NCBI GenBank assembly: GCA_021162685.1 | Contig: JAGGYF010000012.1 | Span: 1 to 29,027, forward strand | Direction: 5' to 3' | Length of the DNA stretch: 29,027 nt | DNA from: Candidatus Iainarchaeum sp. | GTDB taxonomy: Archaea; B1Sed10-29; WALL01 | In this document: piece after piece, positions 27,706 to 29,027 of the stretch | How positions within the stretch are numbered: the stretch's first letter is position 1 | Layout of the letters: each line of letters begins with the position of its first letter | The notes under the pieces: generated by a model | Databases searched by the model: none | What the model was told of the DNA's origin: nothing | Seen by the model: the letters and a program-made list of their open reading frames with translations, nothing else | Program-made: the position numbers and the translations under genes

Positions 27706-28749
27706 TTAATTATCCCTGAGATAAGCCACTTCAATATCGTGCAGATGATGGCAGTAGCTGAGTTGTATTATGTTATACACGCAAGCCCTTGCAAATGCTT
27801 CTGTCCTGCGCCTGTGCTCCAACTCGTGGAGCAGAGGTCTGCTAAATCTTCTTTTGAACGAGGAGAAGTGACTTTCGCTGTTGCTCCTTTTGTGGTAGTG
27901 CTCAAGCCACTCCTGCGGTTTTTCAATAAAATAGAGTAACATGTTCGTCCACTCTTTTGAGCCGTGCTTTTTCAGAGAAACATTTCTCTTTGGGTAAATA
28001 TACGGCACTGCACCAACATTTCCAATTGCAGTGCAGTTCTCCCTTGAGAGGAAACCCGCATCAGCATAAACCTCAGAAACCTCATATAACTCACTTGTCT
28101 TCTGCAGCAAAGGCTGCAGAAATGGGCATTCATTTGCAGTTCCTTCAGCAAAGTCCACTGCAGCGAAGATGTTATAGTCCACAGAGCTCATTCCAACCAT
28201 TTTATCATATCCTTTGTGTGCTTTCTTATCATTCCTGTCGTTCGCATAGTTCTGTTTCACAGAAAGTGGCAATCCAGTGCCGTCAATCGTAAACTTCCTT
28301 TCTCTGTTTTTTAACGGCTCGTTTGTCTTCTTGAACACTGCCTTCAAAATCAGGATAACATCAGGCCGCTCATAAGCCCTTTCAATGCTCTTTGCAGATA
28401 TATATGAAGATATATCTAACTTCTCTTTGAACAGCTTTACCAACCCTTCTGCAACCCTACAGGAAACTCCAAAGTACTGCTGTAGCAGTACTGCTTTTGC
28501 TAGGTCAGCAGAGTCTATTGATGGTCTGCCTCTCTCATTTGATTCAAAGAGATACTCCAATTCATTGTATGCTTCGTCAACCATGTTCCTTATCATGTTC
28601 AGAACATCATTCATTTCATTGATCTGTGCCACATTGTAGCGAGACCAATCAATTTCTTTCTCTTCTTTGTCTTTGTATTCAAAGTTTTTGAGTAGGCTTT
28701 CCATTTTCTCTGCTAACTTTTGCTTGTGCTTTCCTGTGGGGTTTGTCAT
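27706..28749 (-). CDS. DDE transposase (IS4/IS5 clan)
   Basis: FTIDGTG (D), VYADAGF (D) and YHKRSNSESHFSSFKR (Y-2-R-3-E-6-K signature). ATG 28749 after GGAGG, overlapping the upstream stop. Confidence 0.92.
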   Translation of the reverse strand: MTNPTGKHKQKLAEKMESLLKNFEYKDKEEKEIDWSRYNVAQINEMNDVLNMIRNMVDEAYNELEYLFESNERGRPSIDSADLAKAVLLQQYFGVSCRVAEGLVKLFKEKLDISSYISAKSIERAYERPDVILILKAVFKKTNEPLKNRERKFTIDGTGLPLSVKQNYANDRNDKKAHKGYDKMVGMSSVDYNIFAAVDFAEGTANECPFLQPLLQKTSELYEVSEVYADAGFLSRENCTAIGNVGAVPYIYPKRNVSLKKHGSKEWTNMLLYFIEKPQEWLEHYHKRSNSESHFSSFKRRFSRPLLHELEHRRRTEAFARACVYNIIQLSYCHHLHDIEVAYLRDN

Positions 28750-28916
28750 TTCTTCTCCTCCTTGCAAATCACGAGGTATACTGTCCTCCCTAAATACTCC
28801 TTTGGGCAATCGACTTTGGCACCAGTGCCAAATGGCGTAACCTTTTTTCTGAGGAATCCAATGATCTCTTCAGAAAGCGTAATCCTCTTCTTATCCAATG
28901 TAACCTTTACCATCAT
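28746..28916 (-). CDS. DUF2080-family transposon-encoded small protein
   Basis: Not in the ORF track; translated by hand as MMVKVTLDKKRITLSEEIIGFLRKKVTPFGTGAKVDCPKEYLGRTVYLVICKEEKK. KVTPFG..AK.D.PK.Y.G..VY is the DUF2080 pattern. ATGA coupling to the transposase. Confidence 0.85.
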   Translation of the reverse strand: MMVKVTLDKKRITLSEEIIGFLRKKVTPFGTGAKVDCPKEYLGRTVYLVICKEEKK

Positions 28917-29027
28917 ATATATTTATATATATGTAGTATATAAATGTATCGGTTGGGAAGTCAAAAGGGGTAAACTGCTGCCTTAATGGCAGCTAATCAA
29001 CAGTGGAGTTATTTTTGACGCAAAGCC

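Larger units (their letters stand above)
27687..29027 (-). mobile_element. 1341-bp insertion sequence, IS5-like, two ORFs
   Basis: Inverted ends GGCTTTGCGAC (27687-27697) and GACGCAAAGCC (29017-29027) match at 10/11 and enclose a DDE transposase and a DUF2080 gene. The target duplication cannot be checked because the window ends at the right-hand terminal inverted repeat (TIR). Confidence 0.88.

Noticed and set aside
28750-28809. ORF-track N-terminal extension of the transposase, or a frameshift fusion with DUF2080
   Set aside because: The region is occupied by the DUF2080 frame, ATG 28749 has its own GGAGG SD and ATGA coupling, and I saw no convincing slippery site within the shared open stretch.
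28815-28832. Inverted repeat TTTGGCAC-CA-GTGCCAAA within DUF2080
   Set aside because: It encodes the conserved F-G-T-G-A-K motif, so codon coincidence is sufficient; no independent support.
28720-28986. 88-aa plus-strand ORF in the IS
   Set aside because: Antisense to DUF2080 and runs through the AT-rich promoter (IIYIYIYVVY); unlikely to be coding.
1-29027. tRNA, rRNA or CRISPR loci
   Set aside because: Intergenic gaps are short (mostly under about 110 bp) and AT-rich; no cloverleaf or repeat-spacer pattern was seen by eye. tRNAscan-SE and Infernal would confirm.

Overview
This is a gene-dense, AT-rich archaeal chromosomal segment. Its compact layout and gene content resemble a metabolically fairly capable DPANN-type lineage, but that placement is inference. 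Carbon and energy genes: ADP-forming acetate-CoA ligase acdB/acdA (acdA cut by the window edge), a four-subunit 2-oxoacid (probably pyruvate):ferredoxin oxidoreductase porGDAB, an upper mevalonate cluster (XRE regulator, HMG-CoA synthase, IDI-1-like Nudix, thiolase, DUF35), and a nucleotide-degradation operon (R15P isomerase, YunC/DUF1805, AMP phosphorylase; no RubisCO in the window). RNA and translation genes: beta-CASP RNase, NMD3, TsaC, Mtq2, DRG GTPase, TrmJ. Also present are ftsZ-secE-spt5, several orphan surface or membrane proteins, a 724-aa repetitive coiled-coil protein, and a small accessory block (dcd-like, helical orphan, divergent ureohydrolase-fold protein). The window ends exactly on the terminal inverted repeat of a 1341-bp IS5-like element carrying a DUF2080 accessory gene. 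Main observations: (1) a perfect 24-bp palindrome forms the whole overlap of two convergent genes and gives both proteins the same C-terminus, LERLQSL; (2) the IDI-1-like Nudix in the mevalonate operon lacks the catalytic Cys/Glu; (3) a candidate operator occurs three times around the mevalonate and regulator promoters; (4) YunC abuts both AMP-pathway genes with no gap; (5) the IS end can fold back on itself downstream of an outward-facing TATA-like box. No tRNA, rRNA or CRISPR array was seen.
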